Positions 7,036-16,864 of a stretch of 44,345 bases of DNA are shown piece by piece; within the stretch, counting starts at the first letter, position 1, and each line of letters starts with the position of its first letter. Origin of the DNA: an uncultured Eubacteriales bacterium (lineage in GTDB: Bacteria; Bacillota; Clostridia; Peptostreptococcales; Anaerovoracaceae); contig CADAUB010000001.1 of NCBI GenBank assembly GCA_902790965.1, positions 1 to 44,345 on the forward strand, given 5' to 3'. The notes beneath the pieces were generated by a model that worked only from the letters and a program-made list of their open reading frames with translations, did no database searches and was not told the DNA's origin. The position numbers and the translations under genes are program-made.

Positions 7036-9684
7036 CTAATTATCGTTAATTTCGTCGATGATCTCCTGCAATTTCACCATGGCGGCTACAGGCGTCATCC
7101 TGTTGATATCAACGTCTTTGAGCATATCGCGGATGTGTCTGTATCTGTCTGCATCCGGGTCTATGCCCTGCTCTTTTACTTCATCTGGCATGAAGCTTAT
7201 CTGTTCAGTTGTGTCTTTGTCGTTTTTCTTTATGTGATTGCCGCTTTCAAGCTCTGCAAGCTTTGAATTTGCAGCTATCCTGATCTCTCTTGGAATACCG
7301 GCTATTCGTGCAACATGTATTCCATAGCTCTTGCTTGCGGCGCCCTCGAGTATGTTGTGGAGGAATACCACATCGTTTCCATCCTCTGCCGCAGCGACTG
7401 ACAGATTGTGCACTCCCTCTCTCTGCTCTGAAAGATCGGTCAATTCGTGGTAGTGAGTCGCGAACATGGTGCGCGTTCTGTGATCAGGGCTTGCTAGATA
7501 ATCTGCTGTAGCCCAAGCGATGGAAAGACCATCAAATGTGCTTGTGCCGCGTCCTATCTCATCGAGAATTATAAGGCTTCTGGATGTAGCATTTCTTAGT
7601 ATGCCCGCCAGTTCGCTCATTTCGATATAGAAAGTGGACTGCCCGTAAGCGAGGTTATCTGACGCTCCTATCCTTGTGAATATGCGGTCTACAGCGCCTA
7701 TAACAGCTGAGCTTGCAGGCACGAAGCAGCCTATCTGAGCCATCAGTACTATCACGGCAGTCTGCCTCATGTATGTGGATTTACCCGACATATTAGGGCC
7801 TGTGATTATGAGCATGCTTCGCTCACTGAGGTCCATATACGTATCATTGGATACGAACATGCCGGCTCCGAGGAGCTGCTCTACCGCAGGGTGACGCCCC
7901 GCTTTTATATCTATTACATCGCCGTCGTTTACCACAGGCTTGACGTAGTTGTTTTCAGACGCGACTTTCGCGAAGGATATGAGTACGTCGAGCTTGGCTA
8001 CGGCGTTCGAAGACCTGAGAAGCTCGTTTATATACGGCGTGAGAGCCTCTCTGATCTTGCGGAATTCTTCGTATTCGAGTTTGTTGATCTTGGCCTCGGC
8101 CGAAAAGACGAGATCTTCCTTCTCTTTGAGTTCAGGCGTGACATAACGCTCGTTGTTGACGAGTGTCTGCTTGCGGATATAGTGATCAGGCACCTTGTCT
8201 ACCATGCCCTTGCTGACGTCTATGTAATAGCCAAAGACCTTGTTATAGCCGACTTTGAGTGTCTTTATACCGGTCTTTTCCTTTTCGCTCGCCTCGAGGC
8301 CGGCGATCCATTCCTTAGCATCGGCGATGGATGCCTTAAGGCCATCGAGTTCCTTTGAATAACCGTTTTTGATGATGCCACCTTCAGTTACGGCAAGCGG
8401 TGGCTCCTCGGTGATCGCCCTGTCTATGAGAGTGTGAATATCATCGAAGTCGCCTATGTCGTCCTGTATCGTCTTTAAAAGATCAGCGTCAAGACTATCA
8501 AGCTCACTCTTTATGTCCGGGAGCTGGGCGATGGTCTTTTTGAGCGCGACAAGATCGCGCGCGTCTGCACGCCCAGTCGCCACTCTGGCTGTGAGCCTTC
8601 TGAAATCGTAGATGTATCTCAGGCAGTTTGAGATATTGTTGGCGACTATAGGCTCTTTCTTTAAAGCTTCGACAGCGTCGAGCCTGAGGTTGATCTCACT
8701 GACATCGGTCAGCGGCTCTCTAAGCCAGGAGCGGAGCAGCCTCCCTCCCATCGCAGTCTTTGTTTTGCCTATCACTCCGAGAAGAGAGCCTCTTACTTCG
8801 TGATCGTACAGAGTTTCGAGAAGCTCGAGGTTGCGGAGCGTGGAGCGGTCGAGGTGCATAAGGCCGGCAGGCTGTTTGACATTTATCTCCCTGATCTGCT
8901 CAAGGCCGTTCTTCTGTGTTTCTCTGAGATACATTAGAAGAGCACCCGTAGCCGAAGCCATCTCTTCTCTCCCCTCCATGTCCAGAGGAATGAGCGAAGA
9001 GACTCCGAAATGGCTCATCAAAATGTCTCTGCAGGCCTGATATCTGTAGTATGAAGCATCGACGGAGTCGAGATACACCGACTGCATATGCTCAGAAAGC
9101 GATTTTTCGACCTCTCCGCTGATTTCATCGCTTACCACGAGTTCTTTTACACCGAGCACTGAAATGTCGTTTAAAACGCGTTCAAAGCTGTAAGCATTAC
9201 CGCTTTTCTCAGTCTCGAATTCGCTGGCGGTAAGCTCGCCTGTCGATATATCAGCCACAGCGATAGCCGTAAGCTCATCGGATACGCATATCGAAGCGAT
9301 ATATACATTGTCTTCGCTTGTTCCGTTACCGGTGATATCGAGCGTGCCCGGAGTATATATCCTGGTGATCTCTCTCTTGACTAACCCCTTTGCCGTTGCC
9401 GGATCTTCCATCTGCTCGCAGATCGCTACTTTGTGGCCGTTTTCGACCAGCTTAACTATGTACTGATCGACCGAGTGATGAGGCACACCGCACATAGGCG
9501 CCCTCTCCTCCAGGCCGCAGTTACGTCCTGTAAGTGTTAGTTCCAGTTCACGTGAAGCAAGCAGAGCGTCGTCAAAGAACATCTCATAAAAATCACCAAG
9601 GCGGTACATAAGGATAGTGTCCTTGTGTTCTTCCTTGATGGCCATGTATTGCTGCATCATCGGGGAAAGTTTTGCTTCTGCCAT
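7036..9684 (-). CDS. mutS: DNA mismatch repair protein MutS
   Basis: N-terminal SPMMQQYMAIKEEH, Walker A GPNMSGKSTYMRQ and DEIGRGTSTFDG. A C-terminal QISFM (7189-7203) resembles the B. subtilis MutS clamp-binding QLSFF. Confidence 0.97.
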   Translation of the reverse strand: MAEAKLSPMMQQYMAIKEEHKDTILMYRLGDFYEMFFDDALLASRELELTLTGRNCGLEERAPMCGVPHHSVDQYIVKLVENGHKVAICEQMEDPATAKGLVKREITRIYTPGTLDITGNGTSEDNVYIASICVSDELTAIAVADISTGELTASEFETEKSGNAYSFERVLNDISVLGVKELVVSDEISGEVEKSLSEHMQSVYLDSVDASYYRYQACRDILMSHFGVSSLIPLDMEGREEMASATGALLMYLRETQKNGLEQIREINVKQPAGLMHLDRSTLRNLELLETLYDHEVRGSLLGVIGKTKTAMGGRLLRSWLREPLTDVSEINLRLDAVEALKKEPIVANNISNCLRYIYDFRRLTARVATGRADARDLVALKKTIAQLPDIKSELDSLDADLLKTIQDDIGDFDDIHTLIDRAITEEPPLAVTEGGIIKNGYSKELDGLKASIADAKEWIAGLEASEKEKTGIKTLKVGYNKVFGYYIDVSKGMVDKVPDHYIRKQTLVNNERYVTPELKEKEDLVFSAEAKINKLEYEEFRKIREALTPYINELLRSSNAVAKLDVLISFAKVASENNYVKPVVNDGDVIDIKAGRHPAVEQLLGAGMFVSNDTYMDLSERSMLIITGPNMSGKSTYMRQTAVIVLMAQIGCFVPASSAVIGAVDRIFTRIGASDNLAYGQSTFYIEMSELAGILRNATSRSLIILDEIGRGTSTFDGLSIAWATADYLASPDHRTRTMFATHYHELTDLSEQREGVHNLSVAAAEDGNDVVFLHNILEGAASKSYGIHVARIAGIPREIRIAANSKLAELESGNHIKKNDKDTTEQISFMPDEVKEQGIDPDADRYRHIRDMLKDVDINRMTPVAAMVKLQEIIDEINDN

Positions 9685-9700
9685 AATTCTCTAAATAAGT

Positions 9701-9725
9701 GTAGGGGGAAATCCATTCCCCCTAC
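9701..9725 (-). terminator. GC-rich hairpin between the aminotransferase gene and mutS; terminator or attenuator
   Basis: GTAGGGGGAA (9701-9710) pairs with TTCCCCCTAC (9716-9725) around a 5-nt loop. On the minus strand ACUUAUUUAGAGAAUU follows, then the mutS ATG. Confidence 0.45.
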
Positions 9726-9772
9726 CTCCGGTATCCTTTTAAATATCGGGTGTTAGCCCGTAAGAAATAATA

Positions 9773-10963
9773 TTATCTGTTGTTGTATGCCTCAACACCG
9801 AGCTTGATGATCTCGCAGGCTCTTCTCATCTTATCAGGCGAGAGAACGTAAGCGATCCTCATCTCGTTTCCGCCAAGGCCTGGAGTAGCGTAGAATCCAG
9901 GAGCAGGCGCGAACATTGCTGTTTCACCCTTGTCATCAAACTCCTTCAGGAGGAACATCAGGAAGTCCTCAATGTTGTCTACAGGGAGCTTGCACATCAT
10001 GTAGAACGAGCCTGCAGGCTTCTGGCATACGATGCCAGGGATCTTTGAGAGTTCTTCATAAGCAGCGTCTCTTCTGGCCTGATACTCAGCCTTAGCTTCG
10101 TCGTAGTAGCTAGGGTCCATTCTATAAAGAGCAGCAGCTCCTACCTGCTCGAGTGTAGGTACGCAGAGTCTGCCCTGAGCCAGCTTGAGAACAGCTTCCT
10201 GGAAGTCTTTGTTCTTGCAGATAACAGCTCCGATACGGGCTCCGCATGCCGACCATCTCTTGGAGACGGAGTCTACTATGATGACTCTGTCAGCGATGTC
10301 GTCGAGCTGACCGAACGAGTGGGACTCGCCGTCATAAGCGAATTCTCTGTATACCTCGTCGGAGATGATCCAGAGATCGTGTTCTTTGGCGATCTCGCCG
10401 ATGAGTTTCATGTCTTCGAGAGTGAGAACTCTTCCTGTTGGGTTACCCGGGGAGAGGCAGCAGATAGCCTTTGTCTTAGGTGTGATAGCAGCCTCGATGA
10501 GATCTCTCTTAGCCCAGTTATATCCGTCTTCTGCGTGAGTTGTGATAGGAACGATAACGCCCGATACCTCGTTGCAGAATGTGTTGTAGTTTGTATAGAA
10601 AGGCTCAGCTATGATAACTTCATCGCCAGGGTTAAGAACAGCTGTGAACGCGAGAACAAGAGCCTCGGAACCTCCGTTTGTGATGAGGACGTCTTTTCTC
10701 TCATATTCCATGCCGTAGTCTCTCTTCATGTAGCCGATCATGGCATCGAGGAGCTCTGTAACACCGCCTGACTCAGCGTAAGCGATTACTTTCTGGTCGA
10801 AATTGTCGATAGCTTCTTTGAAGCACTTAGGAGTCTCGATATCAGGCTGACCAATGTTCAGTCTGTATACCTTTTTGCCCTGATCTTCTGCCTCAAACGC
10901 ATATGTATTGAATCGTCTGATTGGCGAAAACTGCATCGCAGCACATCTGTCTGATACTTTCAT
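9773..10963 (-). CDS. Class I/II PLP-dependent aminotransferase (aspartate-aminotransferase-like)
   Basis: PLP-lysine motif DSVSKRWSACGARIG, with size and fold motifs typical of the family. The ATG at 10963 has AAGGTGA 5 nt upstream. The track start at 10972 is a GTG three codons earlier. Confidence 0.85.
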   Translation of the reverse strand: MKVSDRCAAMQFSPIRRFNTYAFEAEDQGKKVYRLNIGQPDIETPKCFKEAIDNFDQKVIAYAESGGVTELLDAMIGYMKRDYGMEYERKDVLITNGGSEALVLAFTAVLNPGDEVIIAEPFYTNYNTFCNEVSGVIVPITTHAEDGYNWAKRDLIEAAITPKTKAICCLSPGNPTGRVLTLEDMKLIGEIAKEHDLWIISDEVYREFAYDGESHSFGQLDDIADRVIIVDSVSKRWSACGARIGAVICKNKDFQEAVLKLAQGRLCVPTLEQVGAAALYRMDPSYYDEAKAEYQARRDAAYEELSKIPGIVCQKPAGSFYMMCKLPVDNIEDFLMFLLKEFDDKGETAMFAPAPGFYATPGLGGNEMRIAYVLSPDKMRRACEIIKLGVEAYNNR

Positions 10964-10992
10964 GATAGTCACCTTACCTTTATCTTTTTTGA

Positions 10993-11793
10993 TTATTGAT
11001 GTTTATCCAGTTCGATATGCGAAGTGTTCACCACTCCGTAAACATCTAATTCATTATCGCATTTTTTGTGTGAAAGTAAAAGTATATATTCTATGTTTCC
11101 CTTAGTTCCTTTGATCGGAGAATGGGACAATTCATGCGGGAAAAGTCCGTTTTCGGAAGCATACGAAATCACGTTGTTTATGACTTCCGTATGGACCTTG
11201 GGATCGCGCACGATGCCGCCTTTTCCAACCTGCTCTTTGCCTGCTTCAAACTGTGGCTTTACAAGGCATACGACCTGCCCTTCCTCTGAGAGCACAGCGG
11301 AAGCTACAGGGAACATGTGCCTAAGGGAAATAAAGCTCACGTCTATGGATATGAGATCTACCGGCTCTTCGATCAGAGAGGTGTCGAGATAGCGTATGTT
11401 GGTCTTCTCCATGTTGACCACTCTGTCGTCTGTCCTCAGCCTGTAATCGAGCTGTCCATACCCGACATCGATGGCATATACCTTTGATGCGCCGTGCTGG
11501 AGCATGCAGTCGGTAAAGCCGCCTGTCGACGCGCCCATATCCATGCACACCTTGTCTGTGCAGTCAACGCCCCATTCCTCTATCGCCTTTTCGAGCTTAA
11601 GACCACCGCGGCTTACATACGGGCATTCCTTACCCTTGACCTCGATATCCGAATCGGTATCAAAAGTGGATCCCGGTTTATCCTCAACTCTGCCGTTAAC
11701 GGTGACAAGGCCCGCCATGATGGTGCGCTTAGCCTTTTCCCTGGACTCAGCAAGTCCGTTATTTACAAGTAGTACATCAAGCCGTTCTTTCAC
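10993..11793 (-). CDS. tlyA: TlyA-family rRNA (cytidine-2'-O)-methyltransferase
   Basis: S4-like N-terminus (RLDVLLVNNGLAESREKAKRTIMAG) and an FtsJ-type SAM site (DMGASTGGFTDCMLQHGA). The start is taken as the GTG at 11793, which makes a GTGA overlap with the dxs stop. The longest ORF (to 11847) would overlap dxs by 58 nt. Confidence 0.85.
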   Translation of the reverse strand: MKERLDVLLVNNGLAESREKAKRTIMAGLVTVNGRVEDKPGSTFDTDSDIEVKGKECPYVSRGGLKLEKAIEEWGVDCTDKVCMDMGASTGGFTDCMLQHGASKVYAIDVGYGQLDYRLRTDDRVVNMEKTNIRYLDTSLIEEPVDLISIDVSFISLRHMFPVASAVLSEEGQVVCLVKPQFEAGKEQVGKGGIVRDPKVHTEVINNVISYASENGLFPHELSHSPIKGTKGNIEYILLLSHKKCDNELDVYGVVNTSHIELDKHQ

Positions 11794-13640
11794 TTGCCAA
11801 GTCTCTCCAATATCTTTTCCGCGACCGATTCGGCATCGATCCCGCACTCCTTGCGAAGAGACGGTATGTCACCGTGCTCCACAAAGCTGTCAGGAAGTCC
11901 GATGCTAAGTATGTCGAAATCAGCGTCTTTGTAGAGGGCTGTAAACGCTTCTCCAAATCCACCGCTAAGTACGTTGTCTTCAAGCGTGACAACAAGTTTA
12001 GTATCCATATCTCCGATCGAGGTATCTACAGGCTTTACTACTGCGATGTTTGTAACGCCGGCTGAGATGCCCTTTTCTTTAAGGATGTCAGCAGCCTTAA
12101 GAGCCTCGTCGAGCATAGCTCCTACAGCGAGTATCCTGACGTCGGTGCCTGTGCTGATAACAGTATTGGCACCTTTGAATCTGGCGAGTCTCAGGTGATC
12201 TGCCTGCGATGATCCCCTAGGGTACCTTATCGCGACAGGCCCGTCCATCTCGTTGGCGAACTGCACCATCTCCTCAAGCTGGTTGCCGTCGGCTGGAGCA
12301 AGGACAGTCATGCCCGGTATCATGGACATATATGACAGATCGAACGCACCATGATGGGTCTCTCCGTCTGCTCCGACAAGGCCTGATCTGTCTATGCAAA
12401 ATACCACGTGGAGCCCCTGAAGAGCGACGTCCTCGATGATGTAGTCAAAGGCTCTTTGGAGGAAGCTGGAATATATGGCCACGAAAGGCTTGTAACCTGC
12501 ACGTGCCAGCCCCGCAGCGAATACCACCGCGTGCTCTTCCGCTATTCCGACATCGAAATAGCGCTCTTCGTGAGCTTCGTAGAACGGAAGCAGCCCCGTA
12601 GCCGTTCCCATAGCGGCAACGACTGCGACGATCTTATCGTCCTTGGACGCGAGGTTTGTCAGAGTATCGCCGAATACCTTGGAATACGAAACACCGCCCT
12701 TTGAAAGCGTTTCACCTGTAACTGTATCGAAAGCGCCAATGCCGTGGAACTTCCTCGGATACTTTTCGGCCCACTCGTAGCCTTTGCCTTTTGTCGTTAT
12801 GACGTGGATAAGCGTAGGGCCTGCATATTCGGAAGCGGAACGGATGATCTTCTCCATCTCGCGAATATCGTAGCCGTCGACAGGCCCGAAGTACTTGATG
12901 CCAAGGCTTTCTATGAGGTTGCCCTCCTCGCCTAGCACACTGTGCTTTATATATTCCTTAGAGCCTCTGATTCCCTTCGAAAGGGTCTCGCCGATGACAG
13001 GCACGTTGCTAAGTGCGGATTTGACTGAGCTCTTGGCTTCATCGTATTTCTTGGACGCTCTTATGTTATTCAGATATTTATGCAGAGCCCCTACATTATG
13101 AGCTATGGACATGCCATTGTCGTTAAGGATGATATTGATATCCGTTTTATTGGCTCCTATGTTATTGAGAGCCTCATAGACTATGCCGCTTGTGAACGAG
13201 CCATCGCCTATGACCGCCGTGACGTGGTAATCGTCCCCGGCGAGATCCCTGGCCGTCGCCATGCCGTAAGCGGCGCTTACGGAAGTGCTCGAATGACCCG
13301 TCTCATAATGATCGTGCACGCTTTCCCTGCATTTAGGAAAACCGCTCATGCCTTTATACTGCCTCAGGGTATCGAATCCCTTAGCGCGGCCTGTGAGTAT
13401 CTTATGGACGTATGACTGATGGCCTACGTCGTAGATGATCTTGTCGCGGGGCGAATCGAAAACGCGCATGAGAGCGATGGACAGTTCTACTATGCCAAGA
13501 TTGGAGGCTAAGTGGCCGCCTGTCTTTGACACTTTCTCCACGAGAAAATCCCTTATCTGCTGCGAAAGATCGCCTAGCTCTGAGTAGCTAGCGGTCTTGC
13601 ATACTTCTATTAAATTGTCGTTATATAGATCGAATTTCAT
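11790..13640 (-). CDS. dxs: 1-deoxy-D-xylulose-5-phosphate synthase
   Basis: TGGHLASNLGIVELSIAL, the TPP motif VIGDGSFTSG and a 616-aa length. ispA-dxs-tlyA synteny as in B. subtilis. Confidence 0.97.
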   Translation of the reverse strand: MKFDLYNDNLIEVCKTASYSELGDLSQQIRDFLVEKVSKTGGHLASNLGIVELSIALMRVFDSPRDKIIYDVGHQSYVHKILTGRAKGFDTLRQYKGMSGFPKCRESVHDHYETGHSSTSVSAAYGMATARDLAGDDYHVTAVIGDGSFTSGIVYEALNNIGANKTDINIILNDNGMSIAHNVGALHKYLNNIRASKKYDEAKSSVKSALSNVPVIGETLSKGIRGSKEYIKHSVLGEEGNLIESLGIKYFGPVDGYDIREMEKIIRSASEYAGPTLIHVITTKGKGYEWAEKYPRKFHGIGAFDTVTGETLSKGGVSYSKVFGDTLTNLASKDDKIVAVVAAMGTATGLLPFYEAHEERYFDVGIAEEHAVVFAAGLARAGYKPFVAIYSSFLQRAFDYIIEDVALQGLHVVFCIDRSGLVGADGETHHGAFDLSYMSMIPGMTVLAPADGNQLEEMVQFANEMDGPVAIRYPRGSSQADHLRLARFKGANTVISTGTDVRILAVGAMLDEALKAADILKEKGISAGVTNIAVVKPVDTSIGDMDTKLVVTLEDNVLSGGFGEAFTALYKDADFDILSIGLPDSFVEHGDIPSLRKECGIDAESVAEKILERLGK

Positions 13641-14530
13641 TAATTATTTCTAGTCTCCAAACTATCCGCCAGCTCTACGAAGAATGAAGCTTCATCTCCG
13701 AACGGAGCCAGTGAATCCTTTGCTTCCTGAGTAAGACGGTGGAGCTCTTCCTTAGCCGCGTCGATGCCGTGGACATATACATAGCTGCACTTGCCCTGCT
13801 CTGCGTCTTTTCCAAGCGTCTTGCCCATAAGCTCCTGATCGCCTTCCACGTCGAGTATGTCGTCGAGTATCTGGAAAGCGATGCCGATAGCCTTCGCGTA
13901 AGTGGTAAAGGCCGATAGAGTCTCTTCTGAAGCGCCAGCGATGAAGAGGCCTGCTCTTACCGGAGCGGTTATAAGGTCAGCTGTCTTATGTTCCTCGATA
14001 TATCTGACCAGTTCAGCTGTAGGCTCGATAGACTCCCCTCTTATATCCGCGGTCTGCCCCGCTACCATTCCTGTAGCGCCGGCTCTTTGCATTATTTCAG
14101 CGGATGCCTTGAGATGATTCGCCATCTTGGCCGGATCATTGATATATACAAGAGGCCCCTTGCACACAATCTCAGCAGCTGTCGAAAGAAGTCCGTCACC
14201 GGCAAGTACCGCTATGGCATCGCCATACACCTTGTGGTTGGTAGGCTTGCCGCGCCTCAGATCGTCGTTGTCCATGGCCGGAAGATCGTCGTGTATGAGT
14301 GAATATGTGTGGATATATTCCAGGGCGAGTGCGTACGGCAGAGCCTCGTCTAAGTCTCCGCCTGCAAACTCACACGAAGCGAGCAGCAATGCCGGACGCA
14401 GCCTCTTGCCGCCTACCTCAAGGCTGTACTTCATGGCTTCACCGAGAACTGCCGAATGCTCTGGAAGTTCCGGTATGAGCTCGGTGAGATTGGCATTGAC
14501 TATTTCCTTATACTCATCAAAGTTACGCAT
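13640..14530 (-). CDS. ispA: Farnesyl/geranyl diphosphate synthase (polyprenyl synthetase)
   Basis: First Asp-rich motif LIHDDLPAMDNDDLRRG and second motif FQILDDILD. TAATG overlap with dxs. Confidence 0.92.
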   Translation of the reverse strand: MRNFDEYKEIVNANLTELIPELPEHSAVLGEAMKYSLEVGGKRLRPALLLASCEFAGGDLDEALPYALALEYIHTYSLIHDDLPAMDNDDLRRGKPTNHKVYGDAIAVLAGDGLLSTAAEIVCKGPLVYINDPAKMANHLKASAEIMQRAGATGMVAGQTADIRGESIEPTAELVRYIEEHKTADLITAPVRAGLFIAGASEETLSAFTTYAKAIGIAFQILDDILDVEGDQELMGKTLGKDAEQGKCSYVYVHGIDAAKEELHRLTQEAKDSLAPFGDEASFFVELADSLETRNN

Positions 14531-14723
14531 CTTTCACTTCTCCATTTTCAAATATCTGGATCTTTTGCTCAGCCCTGTCGAGTATCTTCTGGCAATTCTC
14601 GGCCTCTTTCATCCCCTCCTCAAAGAGGCGCAAGGATTCCTCGAGACTCGTGCTCTGCTTGCCTATCTCGTTAGCGGCTTTCTGCAACTTTTCCAGACTT
14701 TCGGTAAATGATTTATCACCCAT
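14523..14723 (-). CDS. xseB: Exodeoxyribonuclease VII small subunit
   Basis: 66-aa helical protein (FTESLEKLQKAANEI...SLEESLRLFEEGMK) directly after xseA. SD AAAGGGA. Confidence 0.9.
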   Translation of the reverse strand: MGDKSFTESLEKLQKAANEIGKQSTSLEESLRLFEEGMKEAENCQKILDRAEQKIQIFENGEVKDA

Positions 14724-14738
14724 AGATTTCCCTTTCGT

Positions 14739-15887
14739 CTATTTACTAGCATCAACTATATCTACTGCTTTGGCAACGAAGCTGCCGTCTGTCATCTTTA
14801 TCGTGTATTCATTACCAGGTTGTATCTTCTTGATCGTAGCAATAACTTCGCCGGAATCATCGGTGACAGCTGCGTATCCTTTTGAAAGTATGTTTCTCGG
14901 ATCGTTTTCGCGGAGCGTGATGACCGCCTTGTCGACGGCGCTTCTAGCCTCGCCTATCCTGGCTTTAAGATTAGCCTTAAGAAGATCTGTGCATCCCTGT
15001 ACAACTCTCCTTTCGGCCGTGATCTTTTGCTCGATGGATGAAGCCATAAGCTTGCGGTTTCGTTGGATATCCTCTCTGAGCTCGAAGGTGTTCATCACAG
15101 CGATGTCTGCGGCAGCTGTCGGTGTCTCAGCTCGCATATCCGCAACGAAATCGCTGATCGAAAAATCCACCTCGTGACCCACCGCGCTTATGACAGGGAT
15201 CTCAGAAGCGAATATGGCTCTTGCCACTTCTTCATCGTTGAAAGCCGCGAGATCCTCAGCAGACCCGCCGCCTCTTCCAACAATAAGCGTGTCTATGTGG
15301 AGGCCATTCTTGCTTACTTCGTTCGCTTTTCTTATGTTCTCCACTATGCTGTTTACGGCGCCAATGCCCTGAACGACCGTAGGAAATATAAGGATATCCG
15401 TAAAATCATTCTTGGCTGTGATGATCTTGCGAATATCCTCTATGGCGGCTCCGGTAGCGGAAGTTATGACACCTACTCTGTATGGGAATACAGGTATCGG
15501 CTTTTTATATTTCTTGTCGAATAGGCCTTCCTGTTCAAGCTTTCTCTTTATGCGCTCAAACTCGGCTGCCGCATCGCCTTCTCCGGCAGCTTCCACATAT
15601 CTGATGGAAAGCGAATATGTACCGCCCTTTGCGTAAGGCGAGATATCGCATATAGCGACGATCTTCTTGCCGTTTTCGACAAGCTTCATGTCGATCTTGG
15701 CAGCATTGGAGCCCCATATAGCAGCGCGTATCTGAGAACTTGCATCCTTGAGTGTGAGATAGTAATGCTGGCCGCCTCTGCTGAGACCGGAAATTTCTCC
15801 TTCCACCGCAAGACCGCGTAGATTGAGATCATCACGCAGCTTTTTCGCTATGTATTCATTTACCTGTGATACGGTTACCGGTTTCAA
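14739..15887 (-). CDS. xseA: Exodeoxyribonuclease VII large subunit
   Basis: N-terminal OB-fold region (VSQVNEYIAKKL) and the catalytic-domain motif IVGRGGGSAEDL. TTG start in a TTGA overlap with the upstream stop; no ATG nearby. Confidence 0.9.
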   Translation of the reverse strand: MKPVTVSQVNEYIAKKLRDDLNLRGLAVEGEISGLSRGGQHYYLTLKDASSQIRAAIWGSNAAKIDMKLVENGKKIVAICDISPYAKGGTYSLSIRYVEAAGEGDAAAEFERIKRKLEQEGLFDKKYKKPIPVFPYRVGVITSATGAAIEDIRKIITAKNDFTDILIFPTVVQGIGAVNSIVENIRKANEVSKNGLHIDTLIVGRGGGSAEDLAAFNDEEVARAIFASEIPVISAVGHEVDFSISDFVADMRAETPTAAADIAVMNTFELREDIQRNRKLMASSIEQKITAERRVVQGCTDLLKANLKARIGEARSAVDKAVITLRENDPRNILSKGYAAVTDDSGEVIATIKKIQPGNEYTIKMTDGSFVAKAVDIVDASK

Positions 15888-16858
15888 CTATCGTGTATCC
15901 TTTTCGCGAGCCTGGCGATGCCGACGGCGTTGTCTCCGCTTAGGACGGGGTCGCCAAATCTTATATCGAGCCCGCTTATATTGCCTATTAGTTTTCTGAT
16001 CGCGGCGCTTGATGCCACGCCGCCTGCCATATATATCCTTTTTATCCCGTGCTTTTCTGAAAGATACCAAGCCGACGATGAGAGTATGTCTGCGATATAT
16101 CTGAACAGCTCTGATATAGCCGGAGCCAGAGCGCCTGGGTCGTCTGCCGAAAGCCCCTGCTCTTCGATATACTTGAGCAGCTTGGTCTCGGGCCCTGACA
16201 GATTGAAGTACCCATCATCTATCCTGATGCGCGGGAAGCCTATCGGTTTAGACGGATCGCCTTCGATATGCTCGAGGGCGATCTCATCTAGATACCTGCC
16301 TGCAGGGAACGGATAGCCAAGCGCTACCCCTGCTCTGTCAAGCAGCTGGCCGAAGGAAATATCTTTAGTGCCTCCGGCTATCTCCATGCCGTAGCCCTTG
16401 TCATCTAGCTCACACAAGAGGAACTCCGTGGTGCCGCCGCTCAGATGCATAAATACCAGGAGGCCTTTTTCATCCTGTGGGATTATCGCCGCGGCGTGCC
16501 CTTCCTGATGAGAGAATGAATAAGCCGGCAGACTAAGAGCGGCCGACAGTGTCTTTGCTGTATTTATACCGGCATTGAAGCAAGGCATGTATGAGCCCTG
16601 CTGCCTTCTAGGGCGAGCAGAGTAGCCTATCGCCTTTATGTCCGATGCAGGAACGGCATCAAGGGCTTCTTCTATGTAGCCCGGAAGCCTCATGGAATGC
16701 TGATAAAAGGCCTCAGACTGCCTCAGCCCCCTGCTCCCCGGCTTGACTTCGAGAAGTTCTGACTTCTCAAAAACAATGCTTGCTGAATCGTCGATCACAG
16801 CGAGCGAAGTCTTGTAGTTTGATGTGTCTATACCGAGAAACAGCCGTCTGTCTGCCAT
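15884..16858 (-). CDS. Divergent Kae1/TsaD-like (peptidase M22 / ASKHA fold) protein
   Basis: Colinear with TsaD motifs: LGIDTSNYKTSLAV, metal site SHQEGH, MHLSGGTTEF, GYPFPAGRYLDEIA, FNLSGPETK, MAGGVASSAAIR and LSGDNAVGIA. Clearly divergent from canonical TsaD. Confidence 0.7.
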   Translation of the reverse strand: MADRRLFLGIDTSNYKTSLAVIDDSASIVFEKSELLEVKPGSRGLRQSEAFYQHSMRLPGYIEEALDAVPASDIKAIGYSARPRRQQGSYMPCFNAGINTAKTLSAALSLPAYSFSHQEGHAAAIIPQDEKGLLVFMHLSGGTTEFLLCELDDKGYGMEIAGGTKDISFGQLLDRAGVALGYPFPAGRYLDEIALEHIEGDPSKPIGFPRIRIDDGYFNLSGPETKLLKYIEEQGLSADDPGALAPAISELFRYIADILSSSAWYLSEKHGIKRIYMAGGVASSAAIRKLIGNISGLDIRFGDPVLSGDNAVGIARLAKRIHDS

Positions 16859-16864
16859 GGATCA

